Part shown: positions 48,084-58,574 of the stretch, piece by piece
Layout: each line of letters begins with the position of its first letter
Position numbering within the stretch: position 1 is the first letter of the stretch
NCBI RefSeq assembly: GCF_963921235.1
Contig: NC_086097.1
Location: forward strand, 111,726,001 to 111,790,000
Direction of reading: 5' to 3'
Source of the DNA: Mobula hypostoma
Taxonomy: Eukaryota
Length of the DNA: 64,000 bases
Notes under the pieces: generated by a model
The model's input: only the letters and a program-made list of their open reading frames with translations
Databases searched by the model: none
What the model was told of the DNA's origin: nothing
Program-made: the position numbers and the translations under genes

Positions 48084-48577
48084 CTAGAAGACCATGAGAT
48101 TTGCACCGAGAAGAGGATTTTTATCTTCAAACCCTTTACCTAATTGACCTTAGGTAATGATAGCACAATGTATTCCATTGTTAAGATTAACCAAGAGGTG
48201 GCTTCTAAGATTATGGAAAGTGGCTCAGATTTTCCAAAGTGTTGACATGAATCTTTGTCAGTGGTTGGATCTAACTACTATAATACATCAAAAATCATAC
48301 AATCAGATGTCACTGAATTCTTTAAACAGCAAGCACTAAATACCATTACAATAACATCTTAAGAGCCGAAATATTGCTTTAAATAATTTTGTTCTTAGTA
48401 CTTGACATCCAGTTCTATCAATGCGTCTTGCAATTCCATTTTTTTTAAAGTTATGAATAACTCAGAAGTTGAGTTAAAAAGTTATTTCTTAGCCTTTTTC
48501 TTATTTGGAAAGAAAGTGAACCGCTCTCCGAAAGGAGATGTGAGAAGTCTGGACAAGGCAGGGGAAGAGCACCTTAC

Positions 48578-48623
48578 CTCGGGAGGAGGGGGAGGCGGAG
48601 GAGGATCGGGATATCGCCTTCAT
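48578..48623 (-). CDS. Candidate first coding exon of divergent - strand transcript
   Basis: GCGATGA start, MKAISRSSSASPSSR, strong GAG|GTAAGG donor at edge of CpG island. Confidence 0.45.
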
Positions 48624-49065
48624 CGCCGTCTCATGTCTGTGCGGTGACGTAGAGCGTCTGCTGACCTTTTACCTCGCGGAGTCGAGTGGGGAGAGAGGCT
48701 GCGGGGCCGAGCAGGATGTGGGGAGGATACTGATTGCTGGCGGATTGGGGAGGGGGAACTGACCGGTTGTTTCACTGTCCGCAACGGATACCTGGAGCGG
48801 TGGGGGGGTAGGAGGAAGGGCTGGGCGCAGATTAGCCCGGCGGAGGCCAGGCGTTGTTATCTGCCTGTGCGATAATTAATCGGGGGGCGGGGGAGGCCCG
48901 GCGCTAGCACCCTTTGGTGTGAGGTTGTTGTGGCCCCGGGGCGGATGCCTAGGTGCAGGACAGCCTCCGCCGCTTCCTTCGCGGCTTGAAGTTGTGCTGT
49001 TGTCCTTGGGCTCACTCCCTCGATCTCCCTCTGGCCGTGTCCCGTTCCCCTGTCAGCCATCTACT

Positions 49066-49174
49066 ATGGCCGTCTCTCGCTCCACCAGCTGTTGTTCCTC
49101 ATTCTCCAGCGGCCAGAGAAACCCATTGTACTATTGGACTCGGATATCGGCTTTCATTGTTCTCGGCTTCATCA
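49066..49174 (+). CDS. First coding exon of an unidentified gene, probably a secreted or membrane protein
   Basis: Kozak-like ACTATGG; MAVSRSTSCCSSFSSGQRNPLYYWTRISAFIVLGFI then A|GTGAGT phase-1 donor, typical of signal-peptide exons; no in-frame exon 2 found in the window. Confidence 0.65.
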
Positions 49175-51669
49175 GTGAGTATTGTACTTCTAATCTGATC
49201 AAATCGCACCTGCAAAGAAAACATCCTGTGTATTTCTATCTCTGCCCCGAATTGGAAAGCGGACACTTCGTGTATTCAGCTTATTGTTAACAGTTGTTGA
49301 CTTCTCTTTTGTTGATTTTTGTTTAAACTCCCACATCAGAAGATCTAGGGGCTTTAAGTTTTAAAGCGGGTGTTATTTTAAGATTTGTAGACCTGTTTCA
49401 GAAAAAAAGACTGATCTGTTTATTGTGCCAGTAAATGGAAATTAGATTTTTTAAAAATTGTAGTCTTCCTCCCCCCCCCCCCGCGTCTTGATTGTTGTGC
49501 TATGCTCTGGTCTGTGCTCAATGAGTTTAGTTAATATTGTTAAAGGCTTTACTGCTAGTTCTGTTGCAAAGCAGATGTGTGGGTCTTATGGTAACTTTAA
49601 ATAGTCTCAGTTAACCTGTCTGTTTTTTTAAAAAAACTAGAGTTTTTAGACTCTGCTTTATGTATCTGTAGAGTCAACCTGCCATCATGAGCATGCAATA
49701 TAGGCTGGTCTGAATCTGCATTTCATCATGTACCCCGCTGTATTTAATTATGTTGCCCCTTGTCCTGTGCAGAACATATGAAAGCAGTAAAGCGTTTTCT
49801 GTTTAATGTTTGCTCCTGTCAGAATTGCTTGGCTTCCTCTTTAACTAATCCAGCCTGCTGGCCTTCTGTGAACTTCATACTTAAAAACTCCCTTAATTCA
49901 CAGCAACCTTTGCTTCCTAGCCCTCTCCTGATGATGCTGAGCTACAGTTGATTTTGGGTTCTTGAATGCTTTGTTGTTAAAATTTGTCTTCAAAACCTAC
50001 CATGGATTAGTTAGACTTTTTTCCATTTCTTTTAGTTAGAAAATTCTGAACTACCTGTGCTGTAATAATTTTCCGCTGCTTGTATTTAATTGTTCACCTT
50101 TTGATGGACAATACCTCAGTTGCCAAGAACTAAGCTTCCCTGCCTCCCTACTCAACTTGTCCTTTTAAATTGCTTTTTAAAATTTGCCTCTTTGATCAAG
50201 AGCTTATGGATAATGCTGGTGTTTCAATGAGAACTAACAGTGCGCAGTCATTTCATTACAAGGAATATCCAACTTGAAGATATTCCAAGTCTAGAGCATA
50301 GTGGGTGACAAATGACAGTGCATGTGCCTCTCTGCTCTTTCATTGGAGTTCAGTAGTAGAGGAAAAAAAGACTTACTGGTATTTAATGGGGGTTCCCAAC
50401 TTGTGCTTTCCTGGCCTAGGATCAGAAAAGACACTCGTTTCAGTGAAAATTCTCTGATGAGAAAATGAGAGAAGTTTTTACATTTTAATGCACTTATTGA
50501 GAAATGTTTTAAAGTTTGAATTTATTTGAATTTATTTTATTTTTCTACACTTAGTTGAATGTCAGACATTTAATGTTGTTTCCTTTTAATATCCTTTACA
50601 GAGAGGGTTTTATCCCCAGTTTAGCCAACTGTGAAAGCACAGCATTTTGGGATGGGGCCTCAGCACCTTGCTGCTGAGACATACTCATCATTGAGGCTTT
50701 GGCTGCACCTTCAAGGAGATCAGTTGAAGTTTCTTTCCACATTCAGGCCAATGAAATGCCGAGAAATGGAGTAAGATATTTCTGGGAATATAAAATAAGT
50801 CCCAGTAACTCGGAGGTATAAACAAGTATGTGGGTTAGATTCTGAGAGGTGCAACAATGAAACTACAGTAGTAGGAGACTTCAGCCACACAGGCATGAAC
50901 TGAAACTGTAGTGGTATAAGGGCAGTTAAAATTACAGCTTTCAAATATTGTGTAGTGAGTTAAGTGAGACGGTGTGGTACCTGACTTTGTGTAGATTATG
51001 AATCTGGACCACCAGAAAGGATGACAATGCCAGACCATTTTGGAAGGAACCATTATGGAATTACTCAAAATAAACAAGCTTGAGTGTAAAATTGGGCATG
51101 GCTTCTTTTGCTACACTGAGAAATAATTTGTTAAAAGAGGGCTAGAGAGAGCTACTTGAGGGGAAATGAGTGACAAAACAAAGGAAATATATAGAGGAGC
51201 TGGTGATGGTTATGACCAGATATTTAAAAGGGAAGGCATGACCCCTACACCAACCTTAATATTCTTCCTTTTAGTGTTTGATTGGTTTTGAGGAACATGC
51301 AGGACAGAATAATAACAAAAGGAAGTGTGTATATAATGTATATGCTTATATATGTGTAAGTATAATACATCTATTTTGAACTACAATGGGTTTCATAAGG
51401 TATTTCATTATATATAATGGAATAGGTTATGAAACCCATTACCACACAATGGAAAAGGTCCAAAATGGAAAATAAACGTGTAGCTCCTGTTTTATGCAGA
51501 TGGTATCAACACTGATGTTAAGAAAATCTGGGTGTATTAACTGGCCTAGCATTTTTTAAAAAGTAGATAAATTTATGGAATTGGATTGAATATATCTGAG
51601 GCTCTTAGAAGGATCAAGCAAGCAAATGGTGTTCTGATGATTTTCCAATCCTCTTGCATTATTAGAAGT

Positions 51670-52200
51670 TGTGTGGTGGGGCTGTTCGTTGGTCAGGGTT
51701 GACCATGGATGTTGCTTCTCAGCTGTCTGTGATATGCAAGCCAGGGTTGTACAAGATGGAGAGCAAGCCATTGCCCATGTAGCAGCCCACCCCCAACGCT
51801 GCTGATGAATCCAAAGGAACGTCGGGGACCGATGCCATTTGGCACCAGCAGTGTTGCAGGTGTTGCCAGTCAGCATTGAACTCAACGTAAGACTGCCTTT
51901 CGGACTCCAGCTCCAGATTTTTCCTCGGGATTTACTCCTGAAGCCTTCCCATGAGTGGGTATAGCCACAAGGCAACAGAGATTTGAGATCAGAGTTTGCC
52001 TTCTAGATGAACTGCCAACGACAACTGACGAACCCTATTTCCCCAAAGCGGCTGGTTTTAAAGTGCCAGTAATGTGCCTTTGCCCCTTCTCCTGTCAGTA
52101 GAAATGGTTCTGCTGGGTTTAGGAGCTAAGCCACAAGTCAAGGTCAGGAGCTGGGCTTGGTTGTCAAAGACTATTTGAGACGCACACCTTTAGGAGCATT
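51670..52200 (-). mobile_element. Non-autonomous non-LTR retroelement (unclassified)
   Basis: No ORF; 3' ~170 nt on - resembles the 3' domain of the SINE at 14787-15092. Confidence 0.5.
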
Positions 52201-52847
52201 TAATAGTTAGTAGGAGCATATATTTAAGGCTTGTGTGGTACCGTTGTTTAAAAAGGGAGAATGGGAAGATTAGGTAACTACAAGCAGGAGTTCTGGTGGT
52301 GGACAAGTTTTTGGAGAAATCTGATTGACAGTATTTGGAGAGGCAGAGTTAATCGAGTAGAGATTTAATTTGAAAGGAAAGGTCATGCTGTAATAATCAG
52401 ATTGCAGAATTTTGGAGGAGGATTGATGCAGTCTGCATAAATTGATGTCAATTTCTATGGGAATTTAAAGTTTTACATTTTAATAATCTTGAGGTGACTT
52501 GCAGCTTTGTCTTTAAACATTAATATGCTTTGGCATTGCCTGCATATTGCAACACTGACTGAAGTTGGAGTTTTGGAGTGAAGTGACATGGGTTGTATAT
52601 TCATTTATTTTGTGGTTCAGCGCCCTTCTGGTGTGAAGGTTGTTGGTGATGAAGTGCAGTATTGAGAGAAGTTTTGAGGTATTCTTATTGTCACCAGTCT
52701 GAGCTGAGATTGGATCTGTTTTACACCTTTTTGGTTGATACTACAGCTTGCATGCCATCATGAATCGAATGCAAGAGGGAGATGAGTTTCCAAGAGCACC
52801 TGAATTTAAGAAGAATTCCTAAACTCCTCCTTGATTAGCAGAGATGA

Positions 52848-53050
52848 AGGGGTGGCACGGTATCGTGGCAGTTGGTGTAACACTATTCCAGCACCAGTGA
52901 TTCAGTTTCTGTTCCGCCGCTGGCTGCAAGGAGTTTGGACACGGCTGTGTGGTTTCCCTCCCACATTCAAACGAGGTGAGTTTGTAGGTTAATTGGTAAC
53001 ATGGGTGCAGTTGGGCGGCATGGCCTGTTACTGTGCTGCATCCCTAAGTA
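52848..53050 (+). mobile_element. V-SINE-like element, degraded
   Basis: GGGGTGGCACGGTA head; GGTTTCCCTCCCACATTCAAA core; GTAGGTTAATTGG. Confidence 0.55.
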
Positions 53051-53204
53051 AACAAAGTAATGGCTTTTGTGAGGCCTAGGTAGGCAGTGCCACTCAGTGA
53101 GAAAGCTGATGATGACTTTCCCCCTGGTAGAGAGCAGGAAGCCCCCTCTGTAGTTACTGAAATGAGAGTTGTCACTTACCACAGAGTTGAATACAGTTAT
53201 GGTA

Positions 53205-53640
53205 TCTGACTGACTGACTGACTTACTGCCTGTTACACCACTGGCATTTAGGGCAGCAATGAAGGTCCTCCATCTCTGGGGGTGTTCGGGGCTTCCTTCA
53301 TTGTGTCAATAGCTCCCTCTCGGTTTTCTTTACTGTCAGTCACGCAAGTCCTGGTGGAGACTCAGGAATACTATCGCATTCCAATGTTGGAGGATTCATC
53401 ATTGTTGATTCCATAACAATTTTGTTTTACCTGTCAGGATAGTTAGCCCTAAGTTAAGCTCCTGAACCTCGAGGACTGGTGGACCACTCTTAGTCTGTCC
53501 TCTACCCTTTGACCTGTTTGGCATGGATGACCCTGCCAAGAGCTGAAGGGTAAAGCCCTGACTCCAGCTCACATAGCTCTCCAGGTCATTGAGGTATGCA
53601 AACCTCCAGACTATGACAAGGTTGTGGACCTCTTGGAGGT
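53205..53640 (-). mobile_element. Short RTE-derived non-autonomous element
   Basis: - strand starts CACAACCTTGTCATAGTCTGGAGGTTTGCATACCTCAATGACC..GAGCTATG (RTE/BovB-like 5' end); (CTGA)n/(CTTA) tail at 53205-53226. Confidence 0.55.
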
Positions 53641-53757
53641 GTAACACTTGAAGTGCTAGAGTAGTATAGCATGGAAACAGGCCTGTTGTCTCGACTCATC
53701 CATGTGAACCAAGATACTCATGGAAGCTAATCCCATTTGGTCCATATCCCTCTAGAC

Positions 53758-53847
53758 CAGCGGTTTCTAACCCTTTTTGTGCCATGAACCCCTATCATTA
53801 ACCTGTGGGGGGGTGGTGTCTGTGGACTCCATTGTTAGGAACCCCTT
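53758..53847. mobile_element. hAT MITE with 8-bp TSD
   Basis: CTCTAGAC at 53750-53757 and 53848-53855; termini CAGCGGTTTCTAAC / GTTAGGAACCCCTT. Confidence 0.8.
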
Positions 53848-54079
53848 CTCTAGACTTCCTATCCATGTACCTGTCCAAATGACTTCTAAATATCGTTATT
53901 GACCTGCTTCAACCATTCCTGTGGTAGCTTGTTCCATGTAGGCACCACCCTGTTCATAAAGAATTTATCTCCTGGGACCCTATTAAATCTTTCTCTTCTC
54001 AGCTTGAAACAAATAAATCTAGATAGCATAGATTTTTGATTCACTTTCACTGGGGGTGGGGGAAGAGTGCTCATTCACC

Positions 54080-54293
54080 AGAAAATCTGCAGATGCTGGA
54101 AATTCAGGCAACTCGCACAAAATGCTGGTAGAACACAGCAGGCCAGGCAGCCTCTATATGAAGAGGTACAGCCAACATTTCGGGCCGAGACCCTTCGTCT
54201 TGTCCTGACAAAGGGTCTAGGTCCGAAACGTCGACTGTACCTCTTCCTATAGATGCTGCCTGGCCTGCTGTGTTCTACCGGCATTTTATGTGT
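54080..54293. mobile_element. Fold-back Penelope-terminus insertion with 14-bp TSD
   Basis: Inverted arms with two head-to-head decayed hammerhead halves (54170-54237); AGTGCTCATTCACC at 54066-54079 and 54294-54307. Confidence 0.88.
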
Positions 54294-54319
54294 AGTGCTC
54301 ATTCACCCTATTTTTGGCT

Positions 54320-54890
54320 TATGAACGCAAAAGCAAGGATGCTTTGTAGACGCTGGTGAGGCCTCATTGAGGTATTGTGAGCAGTTTTGGGCCCCTTATC
54401 TAAGGGAGAGTGTGTTGACATTGGGTTCAAAGGAGGCTCATGAGAAAGATTCGGGAATTGAAAGGGTTATCATATGAGGAGCATTTGATAGCTCTGGGCC
54501 TTGCTGGAATTCAGAAGAATGAGGGGTGACCTCATTGAAAACTATCAAATGTTGAAAGCCCAAGATAGAGTGGATGTGGAGAGGATGTTTCCTATGGTGG
54601 AGTCTAAGACCAGAATAGGGGGACGTCCATTTAGAATGGAGATGAAGAAGAAAGTCTTTAACCAGAGAGTGGTGACTGTGGAATTTGTTGCTACAGGCGG
54701 CTGTGAAGGCTGTCATTAGGTATATTTAAGGCAGAAGTTGATGGATTTTTGATTAGCCAGGGCATGAAGGGATATGGGGAGCAGGCAAGAGATTGAATTT
54801 GAGAGGGAAATGGATTAGCCATGACAAAATGGTGGAGTAGACTCAATGAGCCAAATGGCCTACTCCTGATTGTATATCTTATGACCTTAT
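54320..54890 (+). mobile_element. Degraded CR1 3' fragment
   Basis: LEFRRMRGDLIE...FNQRVV (54501..54719); 3' UTR. Confidence 0.85.
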
Positions 54891-56016
54891 GTCACCATAT
54901 GCAACCCTGAGATTCATTTCCTTGTGGACATGCTCAACAAATCTATAGAATAGTAACTATAACAGAATCAATGAATGACTACCAAACCAGGGCTTTCAAC
55001 CAGAGTGCAGAAGACAACAAACTGTGCAAATGCAAAAAGAAGAAACAATAATATAAATAAATAAGGAATAAATATTAAGAACATGAGATGGAGAGCCAAT
55101 TAAAGTGAGTCCATTGGTTGTTCATATATGCTTATCCATATATGTTGGGATCGTGAGACCATGAATAATTGCCAGCAAATATCTTCTGGACATTGATTCT
55201 AGTTCTTGGGTATTCCCGCAAAATAAATATTGCCTGAAGATTGATGCCATCATATCTTTTGTTCAATTTACATGTGTATTTTATCATTTGTTAGCCTTCA
55301 GCAAAGTCTGTTTATTTCAACAGTTTAAAACGATGCACCATTCTCAAGTGAAATACACAAATTAAAATAACAACAAAGTTATGGGCTGATGTTTGTGTAT
55401 GCACGGTTTCAACAAATTACATAGTGAAACCAATTATGATTTGGAAGCCACTTAATCTAATTTTAGTGGAAGACACTGTTCCCTAGTAAACTTGATGATA
55501 AACTTGGCTTTAATTCGGCTTTTAAGGAGGTGCTCATGCTGGTGCTTTATTCATTATTCATGCTGGGCTTTTATTCAGGCGTACACGTGAATTGAAGTAA
55601 ATCTACTGTGCATCCATAGAAAATAGTTTGGCACCATAATGTCTAGCTGGTTTGTGTTTACTAATGCTGATTGTTACTTATTGTGAATGAATGGTCTCTA
55701 GAGTCCATTTCAGTTCAGTGACAGCCTCTGGACTGAAATCTTTTGTTCTTTTCCAGCTCTTCCCACATCCATCTGCTCTTTAACTCTTCTGTTTTTTCTT
55801 AAGCCATCATAGCACTACCAAATAGAAATCCAAACATTATACTATAAAAAGGATATGATTAAACTAAAAAGGTGCAGAAAAGATTTACAAGGCTGTTGCT
55901 GCAACTGAAAGGCTTGGGTTACAAGGAGACTTAAATAGGCTGGGACTGTTTTCCTTGGAGTGAAGGAGGCTGAGAGGTGATCTTATCGAGGTTTATACAA
56001 TCAGGAGTGGCATGGA

Positions 56017-56383
56017 TTAATACAGAGAGGTGCAAGGTTTTGCACATTGGTAGGAACAACCAGTGAATGGTAGGGCACTGAGAAGTGTGGTAGAACAAAG
56101 GGATCTGGGAATACAGGTCCATAATTCGTTGAAAGTGGCATTACAGCTAGAGAGTCGTGAAGAAAGCTTTTGGCATATTGGCCTTCATAAACTGAGTACA
56201 GGAGATGGGATGTTATGTTGAAGTTGTACAAGACATTGGTGAGGCCTACTTTGGAGTATTGTGTGCAGTTCTGGTCATCCAGCTACAGGAAAGATGTAAA
56301 TACTGTTGAAAGAGTACAGAAAATTTACAAGAATGTTGCCTGGTCTGGAGGATGTGAGTTACAAGGAAAGATTAAATAGATTA
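56017..56383 (+). repeat. Left arm of a 367-bp inverted duplication (CR1-derived); partner 57464-57830
   Basis: Reverse complement nearly identical to 57464-57830; ORF-track peptides 56001..56231(-) and 57616..57939(+) are near identical. Confidence 0.92.
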
Positions 56384-58289
56384 GAAATGATCTAAATGAT
56401 CTCTCCTCATGACCTTTTTCCCAGGTGAGGGAAAACTTTAGAGGGTCTAATACAGACAATTGTGACAACCTCAGGAAGGGAAAAGAAACACTTTGGTTGG
56501 CATCGAGCCAAAGTGCTTGTTTCCATGATCTATAACTCTGCTACCTTCTGCCTCCTACTATTAACCCAGTTTGTCACAACCCAAAATGTTAATTGTGCAG
56601 TTCCCTCCACAGATGCTCCCGGAACTGCTTCAGTACCTTCAGCATCTTGTTTGTAAGTAATCAATTGGTTTGCTCACCCTGAATCTCATTTGTTCTAACC
56701 TTCTTGATGATGTGGGATTTTGTCAAGGCCTTGGTAAAGTTCGTGAGGCACAATTCTATACGCAGCAAAGCCATACTGACTATCGCTAATCAATCCTAGT
56801 TTTTCCAAATGCAAATAAATCCTGTCACTCAGAATCCATTCAGTAACTTTCCACCACTGGTGTTAGATTACTTGACTGGTAGTTCTCTAGCTTGTGCTTA
56901 AATAAAGATGTAGCATTAGCCATCCACCAATGTTCTGGTACCTTGCCATTGGCTAACTAAGATGTAAAAATCTCTGCCAGGGCTTCAGCAATTTCTTCCT
57001 TGCTTCCCACAATGTCCTAGGATACACCTGGTCATGCTCCTGTGATTTGTCCATCTTTATTAACTAATAACCCATCATTACTTCCTCTTCTATAACGTCA
57101 ATAAAATGTACAGCACAGAGTCCATGCCAGAACGATTTAAACTGCCTATTCCCATTGACCTGCAATGGGAACAAGCCCTCCATACCCCAACCATCCATGT
57201 ACCTGTCCAAACCTCACTTAAGCTTTGAAATTGAGCTCGCATGTGCCACTTGCTGGTGCTGGCAGCTCATTCCATACTCTCATAACCCTCAGTGAAGAAG
57301 TTTCCCCTCATGTTCCCCTTAAATTTTTCACCACCTACCCTTAATCCATGACATCTGGCTATAGTCCCACCCAGCGTCAGTGGAAAAACCCTATCTATAC
57401 CACTCAGTCTTGTATACTGCTGTCAAATCTCCTCTCAATCTTCTACGTTCTAATGAATAATTTTAATCTATTTAATCTTTCCTTGTAACTCACATCCTCC
57501 AGACCAGGCAACATTCTTGTAAATTTTCTGTACTCCTTCAACATTATTTACATCTTTCCTGTAGCTAGATGACCAGAACTGCACACAATACTCCAAAGTA
57601 GGCCTCACCAATGTCTTGTACAACTTCAACATAACATCCCATCTCCTGTACTCAGTTTATGAAGGCCAATATGCAAAAAGCTTTCTTTACGACTCTCTAG
57701 CTGTAATGCCACTTTCAACGAATTATGGACCTGTATTCCCAGGTCCCGTTGTTCTACCACACTTCTCAGTGCCCTACCGTTCACTGGTTGTTCCTACCGA
57801 CGTGCAAAACCTTGCACCTCTCTGTATTAAATTCCATCTGCCATTTTTCCCAGCTAATCCAAATCTCTCTGTAAGCCATGATGTCCTTACTTGCTGTCCA
57901 CTACACCCCCAATCTTGGTGTCATCTGCAAATTTGCTAATCCAGTTAACCACATATTGTTGTTGATATACATAACAAATAACAGCAGTCCCAGCATCAAT
58001 CCTTGCGATACTCCACTAGTCACAGGCCTCCAGTCAGAGAGGCAACAATGTTCTATCACTCTGGCTTCTCCCACGAGCCCAGTGTCTAATCCAACTTATT
58101 ACCTTATCTTTAATGTGGAGTGACTAAACCTTCTTGACCAACCTTCCACGCTGGACCTAGTCAAATGCATTGCTAATATCCATGTAGACAACATCTACTG
58201 CCTTGCCTTCATCCACTTTCCTGGTTGCTTCCTTGAAAAACTCTTAAGGTTGGTTAGACATGACCTTCCATGCACGAAGCCTTACAAGT

Positions 58290-58465
58290 CAAAATCTGTA
58301 GATGCTGGAGGTTCAAGAAAAACACACAAAATGCTGGAGGAACTCAGCAGGCCAGGCAGCATCAACAGAAAAGAGTAAACACTCGACGTTTCGGGCCGAG
58401 ACCTTTCATCAGGACTGGAACAAAAGATGAGTTGGAGCAAGAAGGTGGAGGGAAGGGAGGGCCTC
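58290..58465 (-). mobile_element. Penelope terminal fragment with hammerhead motif
   Basis: - strand CAGTC-CTGATGA-AAGGTCTCGGCCC-GAAAC-GTC-GAGT at 58381-58416, followed by the GATGCTGCCTGGCCTGCTGAG terminal sequence. Confidence 0.8.
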
Positions 58466-58574
58466 AATATCTCTCGAAAATCAAGGTTCCCTATACCTGT
58501 CATATTTACCTTTTATTCTGACAGGCACAGACAAGCTTTGAACTCACTTTTGAAGGCCTCCCACTTAGTAAGTA

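Larger units (their letters stand above)
48550..49200. promoter_or_regulatory. CpG-island bidirectional promoter
   Basis: Locally high GC and CpG in unique sequence; CRE-like GTGACGTA 48644-48651, inverted CCAAT (GATTGG ~48743), GC box GGGGCGGGG ~48883; outward-facing splice donors on both strands. Confidence 0.8.

Noticed and set aside
48084..48577. Intronic C/D snoRNA in the - strand transcript
   Set aside because: No RTGATGA box with a matching terminal stem was found by eye.
49066..49174. Naming the + strand gene (e.g. an MPZL1-like Ig-domain protein)
   Set aside because: Only a generic signal-peptide-like exon is visible; the resemblance is too weak to assign a symbol.
50602..50730. 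Exon 2 of the + gene after the polypyrimidine-CAG at 50601 (also the CAG at 52746)
   Set aside because: The phase-1 frame hits a stop within a few codons and no suitable donor precedes it.
51802..51830. Hammerhead motif CTGATGAATCCAAAGGAACGTC
   Set aside because: No GAAA core and no stem I pairing adjacent to the core.
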